A stretch of 64,000 nt of DNA from a bacterium (lineage in GTDB: Bacteria > UBA8248), in NCBI GenBank assembly GCA_965213685.1, contig CBDBZY010000044.1:1-64000 (forward strand), written 5' to 3'. The notes beneath the pieces are model-generated. The model had not been told where the DNA came from. It ran no database searches and saw only the letters and a list, made by a program, of their open reading frames with translations. The position numbers and the translations under genes are program-made. Of this stretch, positions 20,901-30,499 are shown piece by piece. The number at the start of each line of letters is the position of its first letter. Within the stretch, counting starts at the first letter, position 1.

Positions 20901-22175
20901 GTGATGGACGCCGACCTCATGTTCCGACTCGCCGCCTTCGTCTTTCTCATGCTTTGCTCGGCTGGATTCTCGGCGAGCGAGACGGCGCTTTTCTCCCTGC
21001 CGCGCCCCCGGGTGCGCGCCATGCGCCGCGAGGGCGGGACGGGCGCGCGGATATCCGCCCTCCTGGACATGCCCCGGCGGCTGATCACCTCCATATTGAT
21101 GGGCAACGAAATCGTGAACATCGCCGCATCGGCGCTTTTCACGGGGGCTGTGGTGGCCTATCTGGAGCCGGGGAAGAGATGGCTCGCGCCCGTCTTCATG
21201 ACGCCGCTGCTCATGATATTCGGCGAGGTTACGCCCAAATCCCTGGCCGCCCGGTATCCCGAGCGCTTCTCGCGGCTCCTGGCCCATCCCATATCCCTCT
21301 TCGCGCGCGCGATCTCCCCGCTTCGGTGGGTTTTCCTCCAGGTGGCGAACGGCGTGCTCTCCTGCATGGGCGCCCCCCCGCGCGACCCCCAGAGCATCCT
21401 GATGGAAGACGAGTTCTTGTCCCTCGTGGACGTGGGCCACGCCGAGGGCGAGGTGGAAGAGGGCGAGCGCGAGCTCATCCACAACGTGTTCGGTTTTCAC
21501 GACACGACGGCGTCCGACGTGGCGGTGCCCCGCACGGATCTGGAGTGCTGGGAGGCGAACCTGCCCATCGCGGAGGTGATCGAGCGCGTGCGCGCGGTGC
21601 CGTATTCGCGCATCCCGATTTTCGAGGGCGACCGGGATCAGATAGTGGGCATCCTGTATGTCAAGGATTTCCTGCGCCAGGCGGGGCGAAGGAGCTTTGG
21701 ACCCGAGGAGCGCCTGACGAAGAAGATGCTGCGCGCCCCGCTCGTCGTTCCGGGCGGCATGAAGCTGGACCGCCTCTTCCGGCGCTTTCGCCATGAGCGG
21801 ACCCACATCGCCATCGTGCGGGATGAGTTCGGCGGCACCCTGGGCCTGGTGACGATGAAGGACTTGCTCGAGGAGATATTCGGCAAGATCACCGATGAGC
21901 ATGAGGAGACCGAGGAGGCCTGGATCACCCAGCAGGAAGATGGCTCCTACCTGTGTCAGGGCCGCGTTCCCCTGGCGGAGTTCTCGGAGGTGAGCGGCTG
22001 GGAGCTTCCCGCCTACGAGGAGGCGAACACGCTGGGCGGGGCGGTCTTCACCATGCTGGGCCACGTGCCCTCGCTGAACGAGCGGGTTCGCCTGGGGGAC
22101 GTGGAGTTCATGGTGGCCGAGGCGCGCGGCTCCCGCGTCGTGCAGGTGCGGGCGCGCAGGAGGGAGGACTCCTAG
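20901..22175 (+). CDS. CNNM/HlyC/CorC-family membrane protein (DUF21-CBS-CorC)
   Basis: FSASETALFS, GNEIVN, FGEVTPKS, YSRIPI, DEFGGT.GLVT..DLLEEIFG. Confidence 0.93.
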   Translation: MMDADLMFRLAAFVFLMLCSAGFSASETALFSLPRPRVRAMRREGGTGARISALLDMPRRLITSILMGNEIVNIAASALFTGAVVAYLEPGKRWLAPVFMTPLLMIFGEVTPKSLAARYPERFSRLLAHPISLFARAISPLRWVFLQVANGVLSCMGAPPRDPQSILMEDEFLSLVDVGHAEGEVEEGERELIHNVFGFHDTTASDVAVPRTDLECWEANLPIAEVIERVRAVPYSRIPIFEGDRDQIVGILYVKDFLRQAGRRSFGPEERLTKKMLRAPLVVPGGMKLDRLFRRFRHERTHIAIVRDEFGGTLGLVTMKDLLEEIFGKITDEHEETEEAWITQQEDGSYLCQGRVPLAEFSEVSGWELPAYEEANTLGGAVFTMLGHVPSLNERVRLGDVEFMVAEARGSRVVQVRARRREDS

Positions 22176-22176
22176 G

Positions 22177-23427
22177 GTGGACGTCTTGTCGGTCATCGTC
22201 ATCGGCCTGCTCCTGCTCATGGCGGAGGCGCTTTTCTCGGGCGCGGAGATCGCCATCGTCTCCGCCGACCGCGCCCGCCTCCGCATCAAGGCGGAGGAGG
22301 GAGACAGGGGAGCGTCGCTCGCGCTGGCGCTGCTGGAGAAGCCGGAATGGCTCATGGGCACGATTCTCATCTGCCACAACACCAGTTTCGTGACGAACGT
22401 CTCCCTCGCCACCATCGCGGCCATCGGCTTCGTCGGCCCCAGATATGGGGAGGCGGTCTCGGTCGCCCTGGTGATTCCGCTGCTCGTGGTGTTCGGCGAG
22501 GTGGTTCCCAAGGGATATTGCCAGGATCGCGCCGACGACCTCGCCCCCCATCTGGCGCGCGTCGTCTGGCGCGCCCGGCAGCTGGTGTATCCGCTCGTCT
22601 GGCTGATGAGCGCGCTCATCGGCGCCGTGGTGGGCTTGCGGAAGAGGGACGGGGAAAACAATCCCTTCGTCACCAGACGGGAGCTGGAGTCCCTGGTGGA
22701 GGAGCCCAGCGATGGCGACGTGCAGGTTCTCGAGCGCAAGATGATCGGGCGCATCTTCACGTTTGGCGATCTGGACATGGAGAACGTGCTGGTGCCCATC
22801 GTGGACCTCTCGGCGGTGGACGAGGAGAGCACGGTGGAGGAGGTGATCGAAAAAATCGAGGCCGACGGCCATTCCCGGATACTGATCTACAGGGAGAACA
22901 TGCACCACATCGTCGGCGTCGTTCACGCCCGGGACATTCTGGGGCTGGGCGCCGACGCCGCGGGGCGCCTCCGGGAGAAGGGGGGCCTCATCCGGAGCGC
23001 GTATTTCGTGCCGGAGACCAAGCCCGCCGACCGCCTCCTCGACGAGTTGATGAGCCGGAAGGATAAGATGGCCGTGGTGGTGGACGAATACGGGGCCTGC
23101 ACCGGCATCGTCACCATGGAGGACCTGGTGGAGGAGATCGTCGGAGACATCGCCGACGAATACGACGTCGATGAGGTCCGCATGTTCCACAAGCTGGGGG
23201 AGAGCCAATACCTCGTCGACGCTCGCATGGAGGTCAAGGACGTGCGGGAGGCGCTTTCGCTGCCCATACCCGACGGGGACTACGAGACCCTGGCGGGCTA
23301 TCTTCTGGAGCGGTTCGAGCGCATTCCCAAGGAGGGGGAGCGCGTATCCCTGGAGGGCTGGACGCTCACCGTGCAGGGGGTGAACGAGCGGCGGATAGAA
23401 AGCGTGCAGCTGGCGCGAAACGCCTGA
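22177..23427 (+). CDS. CNNM/HlyC/CorC-family membrane protein, second paralogue
   Basis: FSGAEIAIVS, FGEVVPK, HSRI, VDEYG..TGIVTMEDLVEEIVGDI.DEYD, YETLAG. Confidence 0.93.
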   Translation: MDVLSVIVIGLLLLMAEALFSGAEIAIVSADRARLRIKAEEGDRGASLALALLEKPEWLMGTILICHNTSFVTNVSLATIAAIGFVGPRYGEAVSVALVIPLLVVFGEVVPKGYCQDRADDLAPHLARVVWRARQLVYPLVWLMSALIGAVVGLRKRDGENNPFVTRRELESLVEEPSDGDVQVLERKMIGRIFTFGDLDMENVLVPIVDLSAVDEESTVEEVIEKIEADGHSRILIYRENMHHIVGVVHARDILGLGADAAGRLREKGGLIRSAYFVPETKPADRLLDELMSRKDKMAVVVDEYGACTGIVTMEDLVEEIVGDIADEYDVDEVRMFHKLGESQYLVDARMEVKDVREALSLPIPDGDYETLAGYLLERFERIPKEGERVSLEGWTLTVQGVNERRIESVQLARNA

Positions 23428-23507
23428 ACCGCCGGCGCCGGCGGGCGCCCCGCACCGGGCCCTCCCTCCCCCCTTGCGCCTCCGGGGCGATGGGGCGGGT
23501 GCTCTAT

Positions 23508-24572
23508 CTATATGGGGTCGGGGACCTCCACGTTCACCCGGTCGCCTATCAGCCGCAGCGCGTCCCACTGGGCCGCCTCGTAGGGGATGCCGTTTTTCTC
23601 CGCTTCCGCTTTCTTGCGCGCCTCGCGCTCTCCGGGGAGCAGCATCCCCGGCCCGCCGCAGCCCCGGATGTCCCGCACCGCCTCGGCCAACCGCTCCCTC
23701 GCCTCCTCCTCGGGGTAGAGCGCGTCCAGTCTCCACGCCTCTATCGTCTGGGTGATGCGGGCGTCGGGCCGGACGCGAAGGGTCGGGACGCGCTCCGTCG
23801 CGCCGCCGCCGATGACGCCGTCCAGGTCCACCAGCATGGCGAGGCCGGAGCCCTTGTAGCCGAACTGTCTTCCTCCCAGGGGCAGGACGGAGCCTTTGAG
23901 CAGCGCGTCATACGCCACGTGGCCGGACAGGGTCTCTCCGTTCTCATCCAGAAAATAATCGGGCGGAATCGCCTCTCCCGCGCGGCTGGCGCGAATGGCG
24001 GGGCTCACCGCGCGCTGGGTGGTGGCCGCGTCGATGACGATGGCCCGCCCCCCGGCGGGCACCCCCCAGGCGATGGGGTTGGTGCCCAGGCGAATCCTGT
24101 CTCCCCCATGGGGCACCATCCAGGCACCCGAGGTGCACGTGGCGCGGCCGGCGAGGCCGCGCTCGATCAGCGCCTCCACATACACGCAGGCCGCCCCGAA
24201 GTGGTTCGCGTTGCGCACATAGACTTTTCCGACCCCGTATCGATCCGCCAGGTCGCCCGCGAGGCGGGTCGCGTCCATCGCCGCCGCCGGGCCGATGCCG
24301 CCGCCCGCATCCATGGTGGCGACCGCCCAGCCCTCCTTTTGCCTGACGCTCGGCAGCGCCCTGGGGTCGATGGCGTCCTGCTGGATGCGCTCCACGAGTT
24401 CGCGCAGCCCCGTCCCGCCCGCCACGCCGTGGCTGGATATGCCGCGCAGGTCGGCGGCCGCGAGAATTTCCGCCGTCGTCCGCGCCTGCTCCCCCCGCGC
24501 CCCGAGGGACTGGAGGACGCTTGTGGCGAAGCGCGCGAGCGCCTCGGCGGATATGCGCTTCACGTCGTTCAT
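23508..24572 (-). CDS. Ldh_2-family (malate/L-lactate/ureidoglycolate-type) oxidoreductase
   Basis: ADLRGISSHGV, NANHFGA, LGTNPIAW, D.ATT, LPLGG..GYKGSGL, LPGERE. Confidence 0.93.
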   Translation of the reverse strand: MNDVKRISAEALARFATSVLQSLGARGEQARTTAEILAAADLRGISSHGVAGGTGLRELVERIQQDAIDPRALPSVRQKEGWAVATMDAGGGIGPAAAMDATRLAGDLADRYGVGKVYVRNANHFGAACVYVEALIERGLAGRATCTSGAWMVPHGGDRIRLGTNPIAWGVPAGGRAIVIDAATTQRAVSPAIRASRAGEAIPPDYFLDENGETLSGHVAYDALLKGSVLPLGGRQFGYKGSGLAMLVDLDGVIGGGATERVPTLRVRPDARITQTIEAWRLDALYPEEEARERLAEAVRDIRGCGGPGMLLPGEREARKKAEAEKNGIPYEAAQWDALRLIGDRVNVEVPDPI

Positions 24573-25309
24573 GGGGAGGGGGAATCCTGTGTCGTCGGGG
24601 GCCGCCGCGGCGCGTCGATCGGAAACCGGACGGTGAACGAGGCGCCGCCCTCGGGCGGGGCCGCTATCTCCAGCCCCCCGCCCAGCATTCGGGCGGTGTG
24701 GTAGCTGCGGTAGAGGTGGATGCCGATCCCCTGGAGGGCGCCCGGATTCTCGACGTCCTCCGCCATCCATTCGATGAACGACGCGAAGCGCGCGTGCGGA
24801 AGCGCGGCCCCGCGATTGCGGGTGGAGAGGACGACCTCTTCGCCTTGCCTCGCGAGGAGCGCGTGGATGATGCCGCCGCCCGGGGCGATGTGGATGGCCG
24901 CGTCGAGCAAATCGTCCACCAGGAAGGCGAGCCTCGGCCTGTCGCCCCGTATCGCCAGTCGAGAGGGCATCTCGGGCAGGAACCGGAAGGCCGGGAAGCG
25001 CCACAGCCGCTTGCCGATGCGCTCGTTGAACAGGAGCGCGAGATTGACCTCGGTCATCTCGAGGCGCACGCGCCGCGCCTCGATGTCGGCGGTGTCGGAG
25101 AGCGTCTCGATGAGGCGGCACAGGCGGTCGACGCTCTCGGATACCTCCTGCATCTCCTCGCGCGCCTTCCAGGGGTCTGATTCCTGGGCGAGGGCGCGGA
25201 ACGTTTTCTGGAGGCCCGAGGCGGGCCCCTGGAGTTCGCGCGTGGCGAGGCGCAGGAACAGGGAGGAGAGGCACGCGCCGGAGGGGCGCTTGTCGTCGCG
25301 CGCGCTCAT
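24569..25309 (-). CDS. Degenerate histidine-kinase-like protein (DHp + HATPase fold, no sensor, no phospho-His)
   Basis: FLRLATRELQGP (H-box position), GDRPRLAFLVDDLLDAAIH (N-box), STRNRG (G1), GIGIHL (G2), GGGLEI...GGASFTVRFP; ATGA overlaps on both sides. Confidence 0.75.
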   Translation of the reverse strand: MSARDDKRPSGACLSSLFLRLATRELQGPASGLQKTFRALAQESDPWKAREEMQEVSESVDRLCRLIETLSDTADIEARRVRLEMTEVNLALLFNERIGKRLWRFPAFRFLPEMPSRLAIRGDRPRLAFLVDDLLDAAIHIAPGGGIIHALLARQGEEVVLSTRNRGAALPHARFASFIEWMAEDVENPGALQGIGIHLYRSYHTARMLGGGLEIAAPPEGGASFTVRFPIDAPRRPPTTQDSPSP

Positions 25310-25773
25310 GGAGCCTCTTCCCGGCGTCCCGAACCGGCGGATGGGCGGAGCGCGGCGACCGACTCCCGTATGAATTCCGCCGTCCCGCTCGTCATCGGGC
25401 ACAGGGCGGATATCTCTCCCAGCGGATGCCACCGGGCCTCCGAGACGTCGCTCGCCGCCTCCAGCGTCCCCCCCCTGGGCCGGCACACGTAGTCGATGAG
25501 CACGTAGTGGAACCGCACGCGCCCCCATTTGTCGCGGGTGACGCGGTTCAGGACGCGGCCCTCCGAGACGATCTCCACCTCCAGTCCCGTCTCCTCCCGC
25601 ACCTCCCGAACGCAGGCGCCCTCCAGGTCCTCTCCCAGGCGGACGCCGCCGCCCGGAATGCTCCACGCGCCCATTCTGGGGGGCTGCCCCCGGCGGACGA
25701 CGAGGACGTTGTCGTTTTCCACAACGACGGCCCCCACGCCGACGATGGGGCGAAGCGGATATTCTCGGCCCAA
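25306..25773 (-). CDS. NUDIX hydrolase
   Basis: Nudix box GGGVRLGEDLEGACVREVREETGL; REYP.RPIVGVG N-terminus; HYVLIDY. Confidence 0.95.
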   Translation of the reverse strand: MGREYPLRPIVGVGAVVVENDNVLVVRRGQPPRMGAWSIPGGGVRLGEDLEGACVREVREETGLEVEIVSEGRVLNRVTRDKWGRVRFHYVLIDYVCRPRGGTLEAASDVSEARWHPLGEISALCPMTSGTAEFIRESVAALRPSAGSGRREEAP

Positions 25774-26181
25774 CCTCCCGGCTCCTTCGTGGCGGGTGAT
25801 GGAAAAACGCGCGGTTTTTTTTGGTTTGCGGCAACGCCGTTCGGGTTCGCGCGCTCAGGATAGCACGTTTTGCGCGCAGCGGGTTGTATGCCGGAGGGGA
25901 ATATAGTATCTCTGGCGAGGCAACGCCGCCGTTGCTGCGCGCGGCATATCCCAGGCCAGCACATGGCGTCCGCGCCTCCGGCGCATGAACGGCAAGCCCG
26001 TGCGGGCGCCGCGCCCGGCGGTTCGCCTTCCGGCGAAATCCGCTCCGAATCCCCCCGGTCGGCGAGGCGCGCGGCGGCTGGCCGCCTCATGGGGTTTCTC
26101 CGGGTCGCGGGCGTTTTTCTCCGCCCCCCCTCGGCCGGGGCGTGCGTGGCGAGCGGGGATGTCCGCGCCGAGGAGTCGCGT

Positions 26182-27024
26182 ATGCCGCCGGAAGTCTTCT
26201 TCGCGCTCATGTCGCTGTGCTTTCTCGGCGTCAACGATTTTCTCTACAAATGGGGCCAGCGCTGGGAGTTGCGCGCAGGCCCTTTCATGCTCCTGCAAAA
26301 CATGGCGTATCTGCCAAACGCGTTCGGCCTGGCCTGGTATCGCGGGGAGTTGCTCTGGAGCCCGGGCCTCGCCTTCGGGTTCGTCAACGGCATTTTGGCG
26401 TTCACCGCGTTCCTGTTCGTCCTGCTCGCCCTGCGGCGCGGCGAGGCGGTGGTGCTCGTGCCGATCGTCCGCCTGAACTTCGCGGTGACGGCCGCGCTCA
26501 CGATTCTCCTCCTGGGCGAGAGCGTCAACCTTGCCAAGGGTCTTGCCCTGGTTCTGGCCGCCCTCGCCGTGATGGCGGGCGGAGGCGGCGTGATGGCGTC
26601 CGTGGGGGACAAGCGCTCCGCCGCCCTGGCGGTTGCCGCCATGTGCATGTTCGGCGTCATCGGACTCTTCTACAAGCTGGGACTCGGGGCGGGCGCCAGG
26701 CCCGCCATGCTGACGGCGGTGCAGAGCGTGGGCGTCACCTGCATGGCCGTGCCCTTCGCGATCGCGCAGAAAGATCCGCTGCCCAGGCGCGGCGTGCCGC
26801 TCTGGCTGCCGTTCGTGTGCGGCGTGCTCACCTCTTCGAGCTATGTGGCCATCGCCGTGGGGTTCACCTATGGCGAGGCGGTCGTCGTGGCGCCCATCGC
26901 CCAGCTGAGTTTCGTGCTGACCGGAATGCTCGCCATCATATTCCTGAAGGAGAGATTGACGGCGAGAAAGGGGGTGGGGGTCGCGTTCGCGGCCTGCTCC
27001 GTCATTCTCTTCTCCATCGGGTGA
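26182..27024 (+). CDS. EamA/DMT-family transporter
   Basis: About 10 hydrophobic helices in two repeats (VPIVRLNF...LLGE; APIAQLSF...FLKE); GAGGAG RBS. Confidence 0.9.
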   Translation: MPPEVFFALMSLCFLGVNDFLYKWGQRWELRAGPFMLLQNMAYLPNAFGLAWYRGELLWSPGLAFGFVNGILAFTAFLFVLLALRRGEAVVLVPIVRLNFAVTAALTILLLGESVNLAKGLALVLAALAVMAGGGGVMASVGDKRSAALAVAAMCMFGVIGLFYKLGLGAGARPAMLTAVQSVGVTCMAVPFAIAQKDPLPRRGVPLWLPFVCGVLTSSSYVAIAVGFTYGEAVVVAPIAQLSFVLTGMLAIIFLKERLTARKGVGVAFAACSVILFSIG

Positions 27025-27033
27025 GAGGGGCGG

Positions 27034-28212
27034 CTAGAGCGCGCCCTCCTCGCGGAGGCGCTCGACCTCAGCGGTCGTCATGCGCGCCCACTCGGCGAGC
27101 ACCTCCTCGGTGTGCGCCCCCAGGGGCGGGCCCGTCCACAGGATGTCGAGCGGCGTTTCCGACATCCTCGGAAAGGCGCCCTGCATGGGCACGGCGCCGA
27201 AGTCCGCGTCCGGCACGTGGCGCACCAGGTTTCTCGCCTGAAAGTGGGGGTCCGCCAGGATGTCCTCGATGTCATAGACGGGGCTGGCGGTGACGCCGCC
27301 CGCGCCGAACCGCTCCATGTTCTCCTCGCAGGAGCGCCCCCCTATCGCGTTCGCCACTATCCCGTCGAGGGCGTCCTGGTTCGCGACGCGAAGCCCGTTG
27401 TTCAGGAATCGCGCGTCGGCGATGAGGTCCTCCCGCCCCAGGGCGCGGACGAGGCGCTCATACATGGGCTGGGTGGACGCGGAGATCGCCACCCACTTCC
27501 CGTCGCTGGTGGGATATATGTTTCGGGGCGCGGCGTTCTCGGAGCGGTTGCCGAGGCGCGGGCGCTTCTCTCCGTCGATGAGGTAGCGGGCCGCCTGGGG
27601 GCCCAGAATCGTGAAGAGCGGCTCGTAAAGTGCCAGGTCGATGACCTGCCCCTCCCCGCCTCCCAGGGCGTCGCGGTGGTAGAGTGCGAACATGGTGGAG
27701 GCGACGCCGTGGAGGGCCGCCGTCATGTCGGCCAGGGGCTGGGGCGCGGCCAGGGGCGGGGAGCCGGGAAATCCGTTCATCGCGGCGAAGCCCGACATCG
27801 CCTCCACCAGGGTGCCGAAGCCCGGCCTGTCCCGATAGGGGCCGTCCTGCCCCCAGCCGGATATCCGCACGACGATGAGCTGCGGGTTCGCCTCCCACAA
27901 ATCTTTCGGTCCCAGTCCCCAGCTCTCGAGCTTGCCGGCAAAAAAATTCTCGGCGAGCACATCCGCCCGCGCCGCCAGGCTGCGGACGAGCTCCCGCCCC
28001 CGCCGCTTGCCGAGGTTCACCGTGATGGAGCGCTTGCCGCGTCCATACACCTTCCACCAGAACGGGCTCCACGCGCGCAGCGTGTCGCCGCTGCCCGGCG
28101 CCTCGACCTTGACGACGTCGGCGCCGGCGTCGGCGAGGAGCATTCCGTACAGCCCGCCCGAGACGAGGCGGGTCAGGTCCAGCACCTTGACGCCTTCGAG
28201 AGGTCGAACCAT
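27034..28212 (-). CDS. CaiB/BaiF family III CoA-transferase
   Basis: PLEGVKVLDL, LAD.GADVVKVE, RGKRS, ADVLAENF, SGWGQDGPY, LAD. Confidence 0.95.
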   Translation of the reverse strand: MVRPLEGVKVLDLTRLVSGGLYGMLLADAGADVVKVEAPGSGDTLRAWSPFWWKVYGRGKRSITVNLGKRRGRELVRSLAARADVLAENFFAGKLESWGLGPKDLWEANPQLIVVRISGWGQDGPYRDRPGFGTLVEAMSGFAAMNGFPGSPPLAAPQPLADMTAALHGVASTMFALYHRDALGGGEGQVIDLALYEPLFTILGPQAARYLIDGEKRPRLGNRSENAAPRNIYPTSDGKWVAISASTQPMYERLVRALGREDLIADARFLNNGLRVANQDALDGIVANAIGGRSCEENMERFGAGGVTASPVYDIEDILADPHFQARNLVRHVPDADFGAVPMQGAFPRMSETPLDILWTGPPLGAHTEEVLAEWARMTTAEVERLREEGAL

Positions 28213-28266
28213 GCGCTTCTCCTCGGGCTGCGCGCGCGAGTCCGCTCGTTTCCGCCGCTTTCCGAA

Positions 28267-28995
28267 TCAGTCTCTCAACGTGATCCACAAGGCGGCGTGG
28301 TCGCTCGGCGGCCTCGCCGCGCCCCTCGTCCAGCGGATGCGCGCGTCGATGAGCCTCCCTCGCGCGCGGGGGTTGAGGTGCGCGTGATCGAGCCGGAAGC
28401 GTCCGCCCCCGCCGGGTGCCCGCCAGGTGTAGGCGCGCCTCTCTCCGTGCGCCGTCCGGTACGCGTCCGCCCAGCCCGCCTTCGCCATGGCGGCCATGAA
28501 ATCATCCTCGCGCCGGGTGAAGCACCGCACGGTTTCGTCCTCGCCGATGCGGCCGGTGTTGTAATCCCCGGCCAGCATGGCGCCGCCCCCGCGCCAGCGG
28601 CGCGCCAGGTCGCAAAGCGCGTCCAGGAAGGGATACTTTCTTCCGCTCGCGCGGTTGGGGGCGTGAATGGCGGCGACGGTGATGGGCGTGGGGGCGCGAA
28701 CGCGGGCGAGCAGGCGGCGCTCCGGGGGTTCGGGGGGTCTGCGCCAGTGGATGCGCCGCACCGGCCAGCGGGAGGCGAGGAGCAGGGCGTTTCTGGCCGG
28801 ATGGCTGTCGGACGCCGTCGTGATTTGCGCGCGCAGCCCCATCCGCGCGATTCGGGCGGCGAGCGCCCGGCTCGGCGGAGTGCCGCGGAACTCCGTCAGT
28901 ATGACGAGGTCGGGCCTCCCCCGGCCGATGCGCTCCGCGATGGCGGGCGTCCGGCCCCCGCCGCCGTGCATGATGTTCCAGACGAGAATTCTCAT
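28267..28995 (-). CDS. Endonuclease/exonuclease/phosphatase (ExoIII-like) protein
   Basis: WNI, LTE, APN, GDYN, DAYR, YTW, RLDH, SDHA motifs. Confidence 0.9.
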   Translation of the reverse strand: MRILVWNIMHGGGGRTPAIAERIGRGRPDLVILTEFRGTPPSRALAARIARMGLRAQITTASDSHPARNALLLASRWPVRRIHWRRPPEPPERRLLARVRAPTPITVAAIHAPNRASGRKYPFLDALCDLARRWRGGGAMLAGDYNTGRIGEDETVRCFTRREDDFMAAMAKAGWADAYRTAHGERRAYTWRAPGGGGRFRLDHAHLNPRARGRLIDARIRWTRGAARPPSDHAALWITLRD

Positions 28996-29126
28996 GGCGA
29001 GGGGGAGTCTATCGGTAGTAATATGGCGGACGCCAGCGGTCGCGGGGGATGAACAGGGGCGAGGGGGCCAAGCCAGAGAGCGTCGGCCCGCCGCCGTGGC
29101 GGCGGCTCCGGGAGGAGGGATTCGGA

Positions 29127-29669
29127 TTGAAGCGGGTGTGCGTGTTTGCGGGTTCGTCGGCGGGGGCGCGGCCCGAGTATCGCGAGGCGGCGCGGGCGCT
29201 GGGCCAGGCTCTGGGCGCGAGCGGAATCGGCGTGGTGTATGGCGCGGGCGGCATCGGACTCATGGGCGCTCTGGCCGACGCCGTGCTCGAGAGCGGAGGC
29301 GAGATCACCGGCGTGATCCCCGATGGGCTGATGGAGATGGAAATGCCCCATCGGGGCATCACCCACCTGCGCGTCGTCCGCACGATGCACGAGCGCAAGG
29401 CGCTGATGGCGGAATCGGCCGATGGATTCATCACCCTGCCGGGGGGACTCGGCACCCTCGAGGAGACTTTCGAGATGCTCGCCTGGCTTCATCTCGGCCA
29501 CCACGACAAGCCCATCGGCCTGCTGAACATCCGCGGCTATTACGACCCCTTGCTGGGCTTTTTGCGCCACACGCAGCGGGAGGGCTTCGTGCCGGAGAGG
29601 AGCCTGCGCCTGTTCTCGGTCGATGATGCGCCCGAGGGGCTGCTGCGGCAGATGCTCACTCCCAGGTGA
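29127..29669 (+). CDS. LOG-family (TIGR00730) nucleotide phosphoribohydrolase
   Basis: VCVFAGS, YGAGGIGLMG, MHERK, PGGLGTLEE; TTG after GGAGGAGG. Confidence 0.93.
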   Translation: MKRVCVFAGSSAGARPEYREAARALGQALGASGIGVVYGAGGIGLMGALADAVLESGGEITGVIPDGLMEMEMPHRGITHLRVVRTMHERKALMAESADGFITLPGGLGTLEETFEMLAWLHLGHHDKPIGLLNIRGYYDPLLGFLRHTQREGFVPERSLRLFSVDDAPEGLLRQMLTPR

Positions 29670-30330
29670 GTGCGGCGAGATAGCCCGCGCGGTCGTCCAG
29701 CGGCACCCTCGCCGCGAGTCCCTGCGCCCGCTTGTGGGCCTGGATGGTCCGGAGATGGGCGAGCCCCTCCCAGAGCACGTGGCGGAAAGTCCACTCCAGG
29801 TTGTAGTGAAACACGTTTTCCCGGCGCGCGTCCCGCCAGAAGCCGTCGGGGTGGGCCGGGAGCACGGCGTTTTGAATCCAGTCGATTTGCCGATCCCCCG
29901 AGGGCCATGCGCGGTCGGCGGGCACCTCCCTGGTCTTTGTCTTCTCCCGCAGCGACTCCAGTGTCTCGCACCGGAGAACGTCCAGGGCGAGGCGGCAGCC
30001 GTCCGCATAGGCCGCGAGCAGGGTGCCCATCTCATGGAACCGCCCGGGGTCGAGGAGGCGATCCGCACCGCCCGTATCGTAGAGGGATGCGGGCCTCGGC
30101 AAATCCTCTCCGAACAGGGTCTCCCCCCAAGCCTGCAAAAACCAGCGGTAGTTCACGTAGCCCACGTGGCTGACCTGCGCGCGTATCGACCACAGGCCCC
30201 AGCCCTTGCCGGGCTGTCGCGCGTCGAGCTGCTCCTCGGTCAGTCCCGCGACCTCGCGGGCGTACATGTCGGGCAGGGAGGCGTATTCCGGAAAGAGTTC
30301 CGGGGCGGGCGTCGAGGCGTCTCGCGGCAT
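29656..30330 (-). CDS. DinB/YfiT-like four-helix-bundle protein
   Basis: GLTEEQLD...WSIRAQVSH and C-terminal FRHVLWEGLAHLRTI; GAGGAGGAG RBS. Confidence 0.7.
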   Translation of the reverse strand: MPRDASTPAPELFPEYASLPDMYAREVAGLTEEQLDARQPGKGWGLWSIRAQVSHVGYVNYRWFLQAWGETLFGEDLPRPASLYDTGGADRLLDPGRFHEMGTLLAAYADGCRLALDVLRCETLESLREKTKTREVPADRAWPSGDRQIDWIQNAVLPAHPDGFWRDARRENVFHYNLEWTFRHVLWEGLAHLRTIQAHKRAQGLAARVPLDDRAGYLAALTWE

Positions 30331-30499
30331 TTCTCCTCCTCTCCCGTGGCGTCGGGCTCTCTCATGGCGTCGGGAAGGGGAATGATACCATCCGGCGTCC
30401 GGCTTGGCGCGCGCGCCGCCGATTCCAGGCGGGGGGCTTCTCATGCCATAATGCGCCATTGTCCGTTCGCTGGATATTCCCCGGTCCCCTGGATGTCCC

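Noticed and set aside
20901-23427. Tandem 'hemolysin' genes as toxins
   Set aside because: They are DUF21-CBS-CorC (CNNM) membrane proteins linked to Mg2+/Co2+ handling; tandem pairs are common.
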